Source: Thermoplasmata archaeon (GTDB lineage Archaea > Thermoplasmatota > Thermoplasmata > Lutacidiplasmatales > UBA184). Taken from it: a stretch of DNA of 64,000 nt. A model generated the notes under the pieces. It was not told the DNA's origin. It did no database searches and was given only the letters and a program-made list of their open reading frames with translations. Numbering within the stretch: the stretch's first letter is position 1; every line of letters begins with the position of its first letter. The stretch spans positions 25,138-89,137 of the forward strand of contig JAKIWQ010000003.1 in assembly GCA_022749935.1 (NCBI GenBank), read 5' to 3'. This document shows positions 35,175 to 44,389 of this stretch, piece by piece. The translations under genes and the position numbers were made by a program.

Positions 35175-36110
35175 GTGAACTGCTCGACCTGCGACGAGCC
35201 GGCGGTGGTCGACCAGCCCTACCGGGGCCAGCACGTCTGCCGGAGCCACTTTCTTTCCTCCGTGGACGACCGGATCCGGTCGGAGTTCCATCGCCAACTC
35301 CCCCGGTTCTCCGGCGGGACGGTCGCGGTCGCGTTGTCCGGAGGGAAGGATTCCGCGGTCGCGCTCGCCGCCGCGCACCGGTACTTCGCCCGACGGTCGA
35401 CGGTCCGGCTCGTCGCCGTGACGGTCGACGAAGGGATCGATGGGTACCGCTCCGGGACCCTCGAGGCGGCCGAACGACTCACTGCGCGATTGGGCGTGGA
35501 GCACCGCGTGGTCCGGGCCGAGTCCGAACTCGGGATGACGACCGACCGCGCGGCGGCCGAGCTCCCGGATACCGTCCCTTGCTCGTTCTGCGGGGTCTGG
35601 CGGCGACGCCTCCTGAACCGGGCCGCCCGGGACATGGAGGCGGAGGTCCTGGTCCTCGGGTTCAACCTGGACGACCTCGCCCAGACCGTGCTCATGAACC
35701 TCGTCCGGGGAGACCTCGACCGGATCGGGCGGATGGCGCCCCACCGGACCCGGCAGCCCGGACTCGTTCCGCGCATCGCTCCCCTCGCCCAGATCCCCGA
35801 GCGGGAGGTGTTCCTCTACGCCCGCCTCACGGGACTCCCGTTCGACCACGGGGAGTGTCCCCACGCCGGCCGGGCGGCCCGGAATGTCTTCCGAGACGTC
35901 CTCTGGCAGCTCGAGGAGGCCCTGCCCGGTTCTCGTCAGGCGTTGCTCCGGACCCGGGAGGAACTCCTCGAGCGCGTGGCTTCCACGGGCCGCGCCGGCG
36001 CCCCTCGGTCGTGCCGGGAGTGCGGAGAAGCTTCGAGTGGGGAGTTGTGCCGATCGTGCACGTACCTCGAACGGGTGCGCCTGCCCATGATCCCGACGGC
36101 GGCCCCATGA
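35175..36110 (+). CDS. tRNA 2-thiolation PP-loop ATPase, TtuA/NcsA (Ncs6/Ctu1) family
   Basis: Contains PP-loop SGGKDS, the central PCSFCGVWRR motif, and N- and C-terminal zinc fingers (CSTC...CRSH and CRECG...CRSC). ATG 35112 is an alternative start. Confidence 0.8.
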   Translation: MNCSTCDEPAVVDQPYRGQHVCRSHFLSSVDDRIRSEFHRQLPRFSGGTVAVALSGGKDSAVALAAAHRYFARRSTVRLVAVTVDEGIDGYRSGTLEAAERLTARLGVEHRVVRAESELGMTTDRAAAELPDTVPCSFCGVWRRRLLNRAARDMEAEVLVLGFNLDDLAQTVLMNLVRGDLDRIGRMAPHRTRQPGLVPRIAPLAQIPEREVFLYARLTGLPFDHGECPHAGRAARNVFRDVLWQLEEALPGSRQALLRTREELLERVASTGRAGAPRSCRECGEASSGELCRSCTYLERVRLPMIPTAAP

Positions 36111-37018
36111 CCGAACCGCTCGGGCCGACGGACAGCGACCCTCGGGACTCCGTTCGCACGAGGGTCCTCGTCGTGGGGGCGGGCATCATGGGGAGCGGCG
36201 TCGCCGCCCAGTGTGCGCTCGCCGGCTACCCGGTCACCCTCGTGGACGTGAACGAGGAGTTCGCCCGCCGGGGCCGGGAGAGCGCAGCCCGGGCCCTCGA
36301 CCACGCGGTACGGAAGGGCCAGGTCGGTCCCGGGGACCGGGAGGCCGCGATGGCCCGCCTCGATGTCGGCATCGGCCTCCGCCGGGCCGACTCGGCCCAG
36401 ATCATCGTGGAGGCGGCGCCGGAGAACCTCGAGTTGAAGCGGAAGGTCTTCGCGGAGATCGAGGAGGCCGCCGGGGCCGATGCCCTGCTCGCCTCCAACA
36501 CCTCCTCCCTCCCGATCACGGCGATCGGGGAACGACTGAAGGAACCTTCCCGTCTGGTCGGCGTCCACTTCTTCAATCCGGTGCTCCAGATGGCGCTGGT
36601 CGAGATCATCCCCGGACATACCACGCGGCCGGAGGTGGTCGAACGCGCGCGCGAGTTCGCGGTCAGCCTCGGGAAGACCGTCGTCCTCTCGCGCGACACC
36701 CCGGGGTTCGTGACCACCCGGGCGCTCGCGGTCCTGGTCAACGAGGCCGCCTGGATGCTCTACGAGGGCGTCGCGACCCAGGAGGACATCGACACCGCGT
36801 ACAAGCTGGGATTCCACCACCCCATGGGCCCCTTCGAACTGGTGGACCTGGTCGGGATCGATACCGCGCTCGCGATCCTCGATGTGCTGTGGGACGGCTT
36901 CCATGACCCGCGCTACCGGGCCTGTCCCCTCTTCCGCACGATGGTCTCGGCCCACCTGCTGGGTCGGAAGACCGGCGAGGGATTCTATCGCTACCCCGCG
37001 ACCGGGAGTACGGCATGA
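36107..37018 (+). CDS. 3-hydroxyacyl-CoA (3-hydroxybutyryl-CoA) dehydrogenase
   Basis: ATG 36107 overlaps the upstream stop (ATGA). Contains the Rossmann VLVVGAGIMGSG, then NTSSL, HFFNP and GFV.NR-like motifs. Confidence 0.85.
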   Translation: MTEPLGPTDSDPRDSVRTRVLVVGAGIMGSGVAAQCALAGYPVTLVDVNEEFARRGRESAARALDHAVRKGQVGPGDREAAMARLDVGIGLRRADSAQIIVEAAPENLELKRKVFAEIEEAAGADALLASNTSSLPITAIGERLKEPSRLVGVHFFNPVLQMALVEIIPGHTTRPEVVERAREFAVSLGKTVVLSRDTPGFVTTRALAVLVNEAAWMLYEGVATQEDIDTAYKLGFHHPMGPFELVDLVGIDTALAILDVLWDGFHDPRYRACPLFRTMVSAHLLGRKTGEGFYRYPATGSTA

Positions 37019-37866
37019 GTTCGAACGACGCCACGCTCGACCTGGTCCTCCTGGTCGTCATCGCGCTCGTCCCGGCGCTCATTTACTTGGCGTGGGTCCG
37101 CCGCTCGGCCCGCCTCGAACGCGAGACGTGGGGGCCCCTCCTCGGGGCGTTCCTCTACGGCGCCCTGTTCGCGACGGTCGCGGCGGGGCTCGTCGAGGTC
37201 ATCCTGGTCGCGCTCGGGACCGCCGCGAGCCAGCAGTATCCCGGACCGGAGTTCGTCTTCCTGAACGGCAACTCGACCCTGGGCGGGTTCTTCCTGGTCC
37301 TCGTCATCGCACCGGTCGTCGAGGAAGCGCTGAAGGCCTCGGGGGTGTACTCCTACCGGGATCGGTTCCGCAGCATCGCCGATGGCCCCGTGTTCGGCGC
37401 CTCGGTCGGACTGGGGTTCGGGTTCTTCGAGACCCTCCTCTACGGGCTCGGGGCGTACCTCGTCGGCGGACTCGAGGTCGGCCTCGCGCTCATCATCGTC
37501 CGGAGTCTTTCGAGCGTCCTCTTGCACGGGAGCTCGACCGGGATGTTCGGGTACGGGTTCGCCCGCAGTCGCTTCCACCAGCCCGGGCCCGGTACGGGTT
37601 CCTACTACCTGCTCGCCGTGGCGATGCATGCCGGCTTCAACGCCCTCGCATCGCTCGCCGTGATCCTCGTCTTCCTCGGGGCGTCCGGCTTCGCGGTCAC
37701 GACCGCATCGTACGTCGCGCTGATCGCGGCCATCCTCTTCGCGTTCGCCGCGATCGAGCACGTCCGTTCGGTGGTCGCGACGGCCGAGTATCCGGCCATC
37801 CAACTCGGCTCGGCGCGGTACCGGCCCCGCGGAGGCCGACGGCCCGGTCCGCCGAAGACGCCCTAG
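37015..37866 (+). CDS. PrsW-family intramembrane metalloprotease
   Basis: ATG overlaps the upstream stop (ATGA). It is a multi-pass membrane protein with an EEALK (EExxK) motif, FGFFE and LHGSSTG/HAGFN His motifs. Confidence 0.7.
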   Translation: MSSNDATLDLVLLVVIALVPALIYLAWVRRSARLERETWGPLLGAFLYGALFATVAAGLVEVILVALGTAASQQYPGPEFVFLNGNSTLGGFFLVLVIAPVVEEALKASGVYSYRDRFRSIADGPVFGASVGLGFGFFETLLYGLGAYLVGGLEVGLALIIVRSLSSVLLHGSSTGMFGYGFARSRFHQPGPGTGSYYLLAVAMHAGFNALASLAVILVFLGASGFAVTTASYVALIAAILFAFAAIEHVRSVVATAEYPAIQLGSARYRPRGGRRPGPPKTP

Positions 37867-38258
37867 GCCTTTCGGGGCTTCGACCCGTCGCGTTGCCAGG
37901 CGGCCTCGCCGATCGAGCGGTAGACCGATTCGGCCTCGTCGGTCGCGGGAGCGTCCCCGCCCTGGCCGACGTCCCGGATCCGGGTTTTCTTCAACAGCCA
38001 GTAATGGATCCTCCAGGTCTTGCCGCGTGAGACGGTCGCGTCCTCCTCCTCGCTCGACAGGAGTCCCTCCTCCTCGAGCTGGTAGAACCGGTCCCGGTCG
38101 TCGCTCGAGAGCTTGTTGTCCAGCACGGTCCCCTCCGCGCCGAAGTAGCCGAGCACCATCCGGGCCGTCGGGCGGGCCTGCTCGGTGGGCATCTTTCCGT
38201 GAATGACAAGGGTCCGTTCGAGCGCGCGAGTGAGCTCGGCTTCGGTGATCGACGCCAT
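37863..38258 (-). CDS. Hypothetical small acidic protein (131 aa)
   Basis: Only the distal part (from Met 38258) of the 570-aa track ORF 37863..39575 is taken; the remainder is antisense to pus10. The sequence looks globular (MASITEAELTRALERTLVIHG...KTWRIHYWLLKK) with GC-rich third positions. Confidence 0.5.
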   Translation of the reverse strand: MASITEAELTRALERTLVIHGKMPTEQARPTARMVLGYFGAEGTVLDNKLSSDDRDRFYQLEEEGLLSSEEEDATVSRGKTWRIHYWLLKKTRIRDVGQGGDAPATDEAESVYRSIGEAAWQRDGSKPRKA

Positions 38259-38294
38259 CCCGGTCGGGGAGGCACCGGCCGGACCGAGGATAAG

Positions 38295-39590
38295 GTGTGC
38301 GCGCGACACGAAACGCTCCGACGAACTTTTGTGACGCTCCGGGGTCGCCTCCCCGTGCCCGACCCGGTCGTGTTCGACCCACCCCCCCCGGCGCTGGCCT
38401 CGGCCCGGGGCGCGCTCGACCGCGGTCTCTGCGCCGAGTGCTTCGGGCGCCTGTTCGGACGGCTCGGTCACGGACTTTCGAACCCGGAACGGGCGGCCCG
38501 ACTCGACCAGCTCCTCGGGGAGTCCCGGTCGCCGGCGGCGACTCCCTGCCCCGCGTGCGGCGACGTGTTCGCCCGCCTGGACATCTGGGTCGACCGGGGC
38601 CTTCGCGCCGTCGAGGGGTTCGAGTGGCACCGGTTCACCTGCGGCTCGCGTTGGGAACCGGAGGTGCTCGCCCGGGAGGAGCATCTGTGGCTCCAGGTCA
38701 CCAGTGAGTGGGGCGAGAGCGCCCGGTCCGCCTTCAACCGGGAGTGGGGAAAGGCCCTCGAGGGCCGGACGGGGGCCTCCGGCGGTCCGGACCGGCCGGA
38801 CGTGGTCTTCCTCGCCGACCTGGCCGTGGGCCGGGTCGAACCGACCGTCCTTCCCGTCTACGTCCGGGGGCGGTACCGGAAGCTCGACCGGACGATCCCT
38901 CAGACCCACTGGCCCTGCCGACGCTGCCGGGGGCGTGGATGCGACACGTGCGGGGGTTCGGGGAAGACGTACCCGACGAGCGTGGAGGAGCTGGTCGGTG
39001 GGCCGCTCCTCACTGCGGCCGGCGCCGAGGAGACCCGCTTCCACGGGATGGGCCGGGAAGACATCGATGCCCGGATGCTCGGTCGGGGCCGCCCCTTCGT
39101 CCTGGAGTTGGTCCGGCCCCGTCGGAGGACGCTGGACCTCGCCGCGCTGGTCTCGGAGGTCGCCACGAGTTCCGCCGGGCGGGTCGAAGTCGACGAGCTC
39201 CGGACGGCCGACGCGGGCGACGTGCTGCTCGTGAAGGAAGCGGCGCCGGAAAAGAGCTACCGGGTCGGCGTCGTCGGGTCGGTACCCGTGGCAAAAGTTA
39301 ATGAGGCGCTGGACGTCGCGACGGGCCGAGCGATCGCTCAGCGCACCCCCACTCGGGTGGCCCACCGGCGTTCCGACCGCGTCCGCGCGCGTCGGATCGT
39401 CTCGGCCCGGGTCGTCGAGTCGGCGGAGGCGGGCTTCACGCTCGAGATCCGGACCGAAGCGGGCACATACGTCAAGGAGTGGGTGGAAGGAGATGGGGGC
39501 CGTACCGAACCAAACCTCGCGGGACTCGTGGGAGTCCCTCTGAAGGTCGGCTTCCTCGACGTGCTGGACGTTCACGACACGCTAGGATAG
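38295..39590 (+). CDS. pus10: tRNA pseudouridine synthase Pus10 (psi54/55)
   Basis: Start is at GTG 38295 or 38331 within track ORF 38199..39590. N-terminal zinc motifs are CAECFGRLFG and CPACGD. The C-terminal GTYVKEWVEGDGGRTEPNL is typical of Pus10. Confidence 0.85.
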   Translation: MCARHETLRRTFVTLRGRLPVPDPVVFDPPPPALASARGALDRGLCAECFGRLFGRLGHGLSNPERAARLDQLLGESRSPAATPCPACGDVFARLDIWVDRGLRAVEGFEWHRFTCGSRWEPEVLAREEHLWLQVTSEWGESARSAFNREWGKALEGRTGASGGPDRPDVVFLADLAVGRVEPTVLPVYVRGRYRKLDRTIPQTHWPCRRCRGRGCDTCGGSGKTYPTSVEELVGGPLLTAAGAEETRFHGMGREDIDARMLGRGRPFVLELVRPRRRTLDLAALVSEVATSSAGRVEVDELRTADAGDVLLVKEAAPEKSYRVGVVGSVPVAKVNEALDVATGRAIAQRTPTRVAHRRSDRVRARRIVSARVVESAEAGFTLEIRTEAGTYVKEWVEGDGGRTEPNLAGLVGVPLKVGFLDVLDVHDTLG

Positions 39591-39594
39591 TTCC

Positions 39595-39909
39595 ATGGTC
39601 AAGAGTTCGAAGGGGTTCCGTTCGCGGAGCCGCGGGACGTTCACCAAAGAGGTCCGCGAGAAGGGGATGCCCCCCGTCAACTGGTTCCTCCGCTCGTTCG
39701 AGATCGGCGACCGGGTGACGGTACGGATCGAGCCGTCCGACCCGCACGGCCAGCCCCACCCCCGCTATCAGGGAAGGACGTGCGTCGTGGTGGCGAAGTC
39801 GGGCCGGGCCTACCGGGTCGAGTTCCTCGACGGAGGCAAGCGAAAGCAGCTCATCGCCACCCCGGTCCACCTGTGGCCGGTCCCCAAGGCCGAGGCGACC
39901 CATGCCTGA
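39595..39909 (+). CDS. rpl21e: 50S ribosomal protein L21e (eL21)
   Basis: 104-aa ORF starting MVKSSKGFRSRSRG with the SH3-like core GDRV.V...P. It sits at the head of the conserved L21e-RpoF-DUF655-KsgA cluster. Confidence 0.9.
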   Translation: MVKSSKGFRSRSRGTFTKEVREKGMPPVNWFLRSFEIGDRVTVRIEPSDPHGQPHPRYQGRTCVVVAKSGRAYRVEFLDGGKRKQLIATPVHLWPVPKAEATHA

Positions 39910-40216
39910 CCCGGTCCCGCTCTCTCGGGTGAAGGACCTCCTCACGGAGGAGGCCGCCCACCGGACCCTTCCGCGGGAGGCTGCGCTCGCGCTCCAGCAC
40001 GCCGAGCTGTTCGTCCGGCTCTCGACCGAACAGACGGAGAAGCTCATCACCGAACTCCGCGGCCTCCCCTACGTGGACGCGGTGGTCGCCGTCAAGCTCG
40101 CGGACACTCTCCCCCTGTTCCCCGAGGAAATCCGGCTCCTGTTCTCGAAAGAGCGGGTCGCCCTCGAAGAGGCGCAGGTCACGCAACTCTTGGAGATCAT
40201 TGCGCACCACCGATGA
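39902..40216 (+). CDS. rpoF: DNA-directed RNA polymerase subunit F (Rpo4)
   Basis: 104-aa helical protein in the conserved position after L21e. It overlaps the L21e stop by 8 nt. Confidence 0.75.
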   Translation: MPDPVPLSRVKDLLTEEAAHRTLPREAALALQHAELFVRLSTEQTEKLITELRGLPYVDAVVAVKLADTLPLFPEEIRLLFSKERVALEEAQVTQLLEIIAHHR

Positions 40217-40231
40217 CCGGGGAAGGACTCC

Positions 40232-40777
40232 GTGGAGAGCTACGCGCACATCTTGGATTACCTGCCGAACGGTCGGCAGACCGAACGGGGATTCCATCGT
40301 GAACCCCTCGCCCTTGCCGTCGGCGAGGACGAGCTGAAACTCTTCGAACTCGTACCGCGCGTCGGCGCGAAGCTCACACCGGGGCAACGGATCTCGCTCC
40401 TCCCCCTCGAGGGGGTCCCACCCCCGATCGACCACGTCCGCCGCCGCCTCGCCCACGACGAGCTCACGGTGGCGGCCCGGGCAGAACTGACGGCAGCTCT
40501 CGAGCGGATCGTACGGGCCAACCCGAGCCGCTACCTGCGGTTCTTCAACGAGGCTCCCGCCGTCTCCCGCCGATTCCACCTGCTCGAGCTCCTGCCAGGG
40601 ATCGGGAAGAAGACGATGCAGCAGATCGTGGACGAACGCAAGCGGGCCCCGTTCGCCAGCTTTGAGGAGATGGAGAACCGCCTGCACATGAAGAGTCCCG
40701 AACTCTTGATCGTGGGCCGGATCGAACAGGAACTGAGCGGTGTCGAGGACAAGTACCGGCTCTTCGTCGCACCCTGA
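40232..40777 (+). CDS. DUF655-family protein (putative RNA-binding, HhH-containing)
   Basis: 181-aa ORF with N-terminal YAHILDYLPNGR...ALAVGEDELKLFELVP, typical of DUF655. It is in the conserved position before ksgA. Confidence 0.7.
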   Translation: MESYAHILDYLPNGRQTERGFHREPLALAVGEDELKLFELVPRVGAKLTPGQRISLLPLEGVPPPIDHVRRRLAHDELTVAARAELTAALERIVRANPSRYLRFFNEAPAVSRRFHLLELLPGIGKKTMQQIVDERKRAPFASFEEMENRLHMKSPELLIVGRIEQELSGVEDKYRLFVAP

Positions 40778-40832
40778 CCCCGGGACCACCGGTCTTCCGC
40801 CGGTCCCCACGACGCCCTCCGAGGTTCGGAGC

Positions 40833-41633
40833 GTGCTCGCGGGGCTCGCCGTTCGGCCCTCGAAGGGATGGGGACAGTCGTTCCTCACCGACCCGTTCGT
40901 CGCGGACGCCGAGGCCGCGCTCCTCGACCTCTCGCCCGGTCACCCGATCCTCGAGATCGGAGGGGGACTCGGCCAGTTGACGGCGGCCCTTCTCCGCCGC
41001 GGTCTCGGACCCCTCACCGTGGTCGAGCGAGACCCCCGCCTCGCCCGGTTCCTGCGACGCACGTTCGGGCACCGGATCACCCTCCTCGAGGGGGACGCCC
41101 TCGAGGTCGACCTCCCGCCGGTGGACGCCGCCGTCGGCAACCTGCCGTACGCGGTGGCGACCCCGCTCCTCCTCCGCCTGTTCGCGGCGCGGGTCCCGCG
41201 CATCGTCTTTCTCGTGCAGGAGGAGGTGGCCCGTCGGCTCGCGGCCGGCCCCGGGTCGAAGGAATACGGCCGGCTTTCGATCATCGCCCAGCTGTACGGG
41301 TCCGTCGAACTGTACCGAACCGTCCCGCCCTCCGCCTTCACTCCGGTCCCGGAGGTGACCAGCCGGTTGGGGGTCCACGAGGCGAGGGTCGGGACCCTCC
41401 CCGTCCCGTCGGTCCCCGCGTTCGAGGAGGTCGTCCGCACACTTTTCTCCTCCCGCCGAAAGCAGCTCCGAAACCTCATGCCCCGCGTGGTGCCCTCGGC
41501 TCCCGAGGCCGAACGACTTCTCCGCCAGGCCGGATGGCCCGACGACTGGCCCGGGCGTCGTCCGGAGACCCTGCCACCGGAAGCCTACTTCTCTCTCGCA
41601 CGGGAGTTGGCCCCGCGGGCGAACTCCGGGTAG
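40833..41633 (+). CDS. rsmA: 16S rRNA (adenine1518/1519-N6)-dimethyltransferase RsmA/KsgA (Dim1)
   Basis: Contains GQSFLTD, the SAM motif ILEIGGGLGQLT, VERD and GNLPY. GTG 40833 is preferred; the track start at 40740 overlaps the upstream gene by 38 nt. Confidence 0.85.
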   Translation: MLAGLAVRPSKGWGQSFLTDPFVADAEAALLDLSPGHPILEIGGGLGQLTAALLRRGLGPLTVVERDPRLARFLRRTFGHRITLLEGDALEVDLPPVDAAVGNLPYAVATPLLLRLFAARVPRIVFLVQEEVARRLAAGPGSKEYGRLSIIAQLYGSVELYRTVPPSAFTPVPEVTSRLGVHEARVGTLPVPSVPAFEEVVRTLFSSRRKQLRNLMPRVVPSAPEAERLLRQAGWPDDWPGRRPETLPPEAYFSLARELAPRANSG

Positions 41634-41734
41634 TTGGCCCGACCGGGCCCCCCTCGCTCGGAGGATGAGTTCCTCGAGAAGGGTCGGGACTCGATACGGT
41701 TAGGTAGCTCTCCCGGGTCGCGCCACCGAGTCCC

Positions 41735-42574
41735 ATGAGTCCGCGGACGACCCGGCCGGCGAAGATCCCGCGGCCTCCCCGGCGGACCTCTTCCCACGAA
41801 CGGACGAACCGCACGCTGTGGGAGCGGGACGCACGGGCCTACGAGAGGCGGAATGCGGAGACGCTCGAGCGGGGAGACCCGATGGGTTGGGGAATGTGGC
41901 ACCTCCCCGAACGAAAGCTCCGGATCCTGGGCGACTTCCGGGGGAAAGACGTCCTCGAGCTCGGGTGTGGCGCCGCCCGGTGGTCGGTGGCCCTCGCCCA
42001 GCGAGGAGCCCACGTCGTCGGGCTGGATTTCTCGGCCGCTCGGCTCGAGCAGGCGCGGGCCGAGATGCGCGCCGGAAAGGTCGATTTCCCCCTCGTCGAG
42101 GCGAGCGCGGAATCCGTACCTCTGCCCTCGGCCCGTTTCGACATCGTCTTCTGTGACTGGGGCGCCGTCACCTTCACCGACCCGTACCGGACCGTGCCCG
42201 AGGTCGCCCGGCTCTTGCGCCCCGGCGGGCTGTTCGCGTTCTCCAACTCGAGCCCGTTCCGGACCCTGTGCGAGGACCGGAAGCGCGACCGGTTGGGGCC
42301 ACGACTCCGCTACGACTATTTCGACCTCCACCGGGTCGAGTACGGGGACGAAGTCAACTTTCAGTTGCCCTACGGGCGGTGGATCCGATTGTTCCGGGAC
42401 CATTCCCTCGAGGTCGAGGACCTCCTCGAAGTCCAGCCCCCCGCGAACGCCCGCACGACCTACCTCTCCGCGGCCTCCCAAGCGTGGGCCCGCCGCTGGC
42501 CGATCGAAGTGATCTGGCGGGTTCGAAAGTCGAGCTCGACCCCGGGCCGGACCCGCGCGAATCCCCGCGTTTAA
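41735..42574 (+). CDS. Class I SAM-dependent methyltransferase
   Basis: 279-aa ORF with motif I (VLELGCGAARWS) and VVGLDFS..L. Confidence 0.7.
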   Translation: MSPRTTRPAKIPRPPRRTSSHERTNRTLWERDARAYERRNAETLERGDPMGWGMWHLPERKLRILGDFRGKDVLELGCGAARWSVALAQRGAHVVGLDFSAARLEQARAEMRAGKVDFPLVEASAESVPLPSARFDIVFCDWGAVTFTDPYRTVPEVARLLRPGGLFAFSNSSPFRTLCEDRKRDRLGPRLRYDYFDLHRVEYGDEVNFQLPYGRWIRLFRDHSLEVEDLLEVQPPANARTTYLSAASQAWARRWPIEVIWRVRKSSSTPGRTRANPRV

Positions 42575-42618
42575 GTAACCCGGATCGGTCCGCCCTGCGG
42601 GGACGGGCCGTGGGGAAA

Positions 42619-43437
42619 ATGAGGGGCGTCTGGGCGGGATTCCTGGTGGTCCTGATGGTCGGCGCCTGGGCCGTTCCGGCGGTCGCCGTGGTCGCGACCT
42701 CGGCGGCGAGCTCTCCTCTCCTCGAGTCGGGAGTCTACCACACGTCCCACGTCAAGAGTTTCAACTGGGGAGGGTACGCCGTCACGGGGGCGACCAACTC
42801 GTTCACCAAGGTCGACGGTTCCTGGATCCAGCCGAAGATCCACGGAACCTGCCCCAGCACGGACCAGTATGCTTCGTTCTGGGTCGGGTTGGATGGGTAC
42901 AGTTCGGGGACGGTCGAACAGACCGGGACCGACTCCGACTGTCAGGGCGGGTCTCCCGTCTACTACGCGTGGTATGAGTTCTACCCCAATCCCTCGATCC
43001 TGATCAGCTCGGTCACCATCCATTCTGGGGACGTGATCTTCGCCGAGGTGAAGACCATCACCCCGACTTCGACCAACGGGCACAAGAACTTCGCCCTGAC
43101 CCTCAAGGATGTGACGACCGGCGGTTCGTTCACCAAGACGGGCAAGGTGACGGGCGCGATGCGCAACTCCGCCGAGTGGATCGCCGAGGCCCCCTACTCG
43201 GGAGGGATCCTTCCGCTCGCCAACTTCGGGACGATGGACTTTGGGTTCGACTACACGGCGGTGGCCTCGACCAACGACGCGACCCACTCCGGTACGACCG
43301 GCGACATCGCCTCCTTTGCCCAAATCGACGCGATCACGATGGTCAACAATGCCCGCACGCTCACGAAGGCGAGTGTCGGGGCGCTGAGCTCGGACGGTAC
43401 CAGCTTCAAGATGACCTGGAAGAACGCGGGGCCGTAG
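42619..43437 (+). CDS. Secreted glutamic peptidase, G1 (eqolisin / peptidase A4) family
   Basis: Start at Met 42619 inside track ORF 42268..43437. It has an N-terminal signal/TM segment. Family motifs are NWGGY, SFWVGLDG....VEQTG (catalytic Gln context), YAWYEFYP and AEWIAEAP (catalytic Glu context). Confidence 0.7.
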   Translation: MRGVWAGFLVVLMVGAWAVPAVAVVATSAASSPLLESGVYHTSHVKSFNWGGYAVTGATNSFTKVDGSWIQPKIHGTCPSTDQYASFWVGLDGYSSGTVEQTGTDSDCQGGSPVYYAWYEFYPNPSILISSVTIHSGDVIFAEVKTITPTSTNGHKNFALTLKDVTTGGSFTKTGKVTGAMRNSAEWIAEAPYSGGILPLANFGTMDFGFDYTAVASTNDATHSGTTGDIASFAQIDAITMVNNARTLTKASVGALSSDGTSFKMTWKNAGP

Positions 43438-43506
43438 GGGAGCCTCACGGACCCCTCCGAACCATCCGCTCGGAGGAGTTACCCCGCGGAGCGAGGACAG
43501 GGGATC

Positions 43507-44247
43507 ATGGCATCGAGCGGACCCCACCCGGACGACCCGAAGTGGGGAGAGGTGGACCGATTCCTCGCGGAGCTCTTCGGACCCGATGACCCGGCGCTGG
43601 AGGGTGCGCTCCGGTCGAGCGAGGCCGCGGGCCTGCCGTCGATCCAGGTCTCGGCCGTGCAAGGTCGACTGCTCGGCCTTCTGGCGCGGCTGGTCGGCGC
43701 CCGTACCATCCTCGAGATCGGAACGTTGGGCGGGTACAGTACGATCTGGCTCGCTCGGGCCCTGCCGCCGGGGGGACGGTTGACCACGCTAGAGATCGAA
43801 CCCACCCACGCCCAGGTCGAAAGGGCGAACCTCGATCGGGCCGGACTCTCCCACCTCGTCGACGTCGTGAACGGACCCGCCCGGGACTCGCTCGCTCGGT
43901 TGGTCGCCGAGGGCCGGGGCCCGTTCGACTTCGTCTTCCTCGACGCGGACAAGCCCGGCTACCCCGAGTACCTCGCCGGGGTACTGCGACTCGCGCGTCC
44001 CGGGACGCTCCTCGTGGCGGACAACGTGATCCGTCACGGTGCCGTGGACGACCCGCACAGCACCGACCCTCGGGTTCAGGGGGTCCGACGTTTTCTCGAG
44101 TTGCTCGCGGCCGATCCCCGCCTCGAAGCCACGGCCCTCCAGACCGTCGGCTCGAAAGGGTATGATGGGTGGGCCCTCGCCCGAGTGCGGGCGGAGCCGG
44201 ACGACGAAGCGCCTGCTCCTCCCGGGGCCGCCGTGGGCAAGAAGTGA
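43507..44247 (+). CDS. O-methyltransferase (caffeoyl-CoA O-methyltransferase-like, COG4122)
   Basis: 246-aa ORF with ILEIGTLGGYSTIWLA, the LE.. segment and FDFVFLDADK motifs. Confidence 0.75.
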   Translation: MASSGPHPDDPKWGEVDRFLAELFGPDDPALEGALRSSEAAGLPSIQVSAVQGRLLGLLARLVGARTILEIGTLGGYSTIWLARALPPGGRLTTLEIEPTHAQVERANLDRAGLSHLVDVVNGPARDSLARLVAEGRGPFDFVFLDADKPGYPEYLAGVLRLARPGTLLVADNVIRHGAVDDPHSTDPRVQGVRRFLELLAADPRLEATALQTVGSKGYDGWALARVRAEPDDEAPAPPGAAVGKK

Positions 44248-44389
44248 AGCCGTTCGAATTCGTCGGTTCCCGGGAGCGTCGTTGGGATTCCCGCGAGGTA
44301 GCGTCCCGAACCTGAAGGCCGCCGTGCGTCCTCGCACACGGTCCCGAGCAGTTCGCCCCGTGCACCCCCATGGGAAGTCGGCGGGCGCG

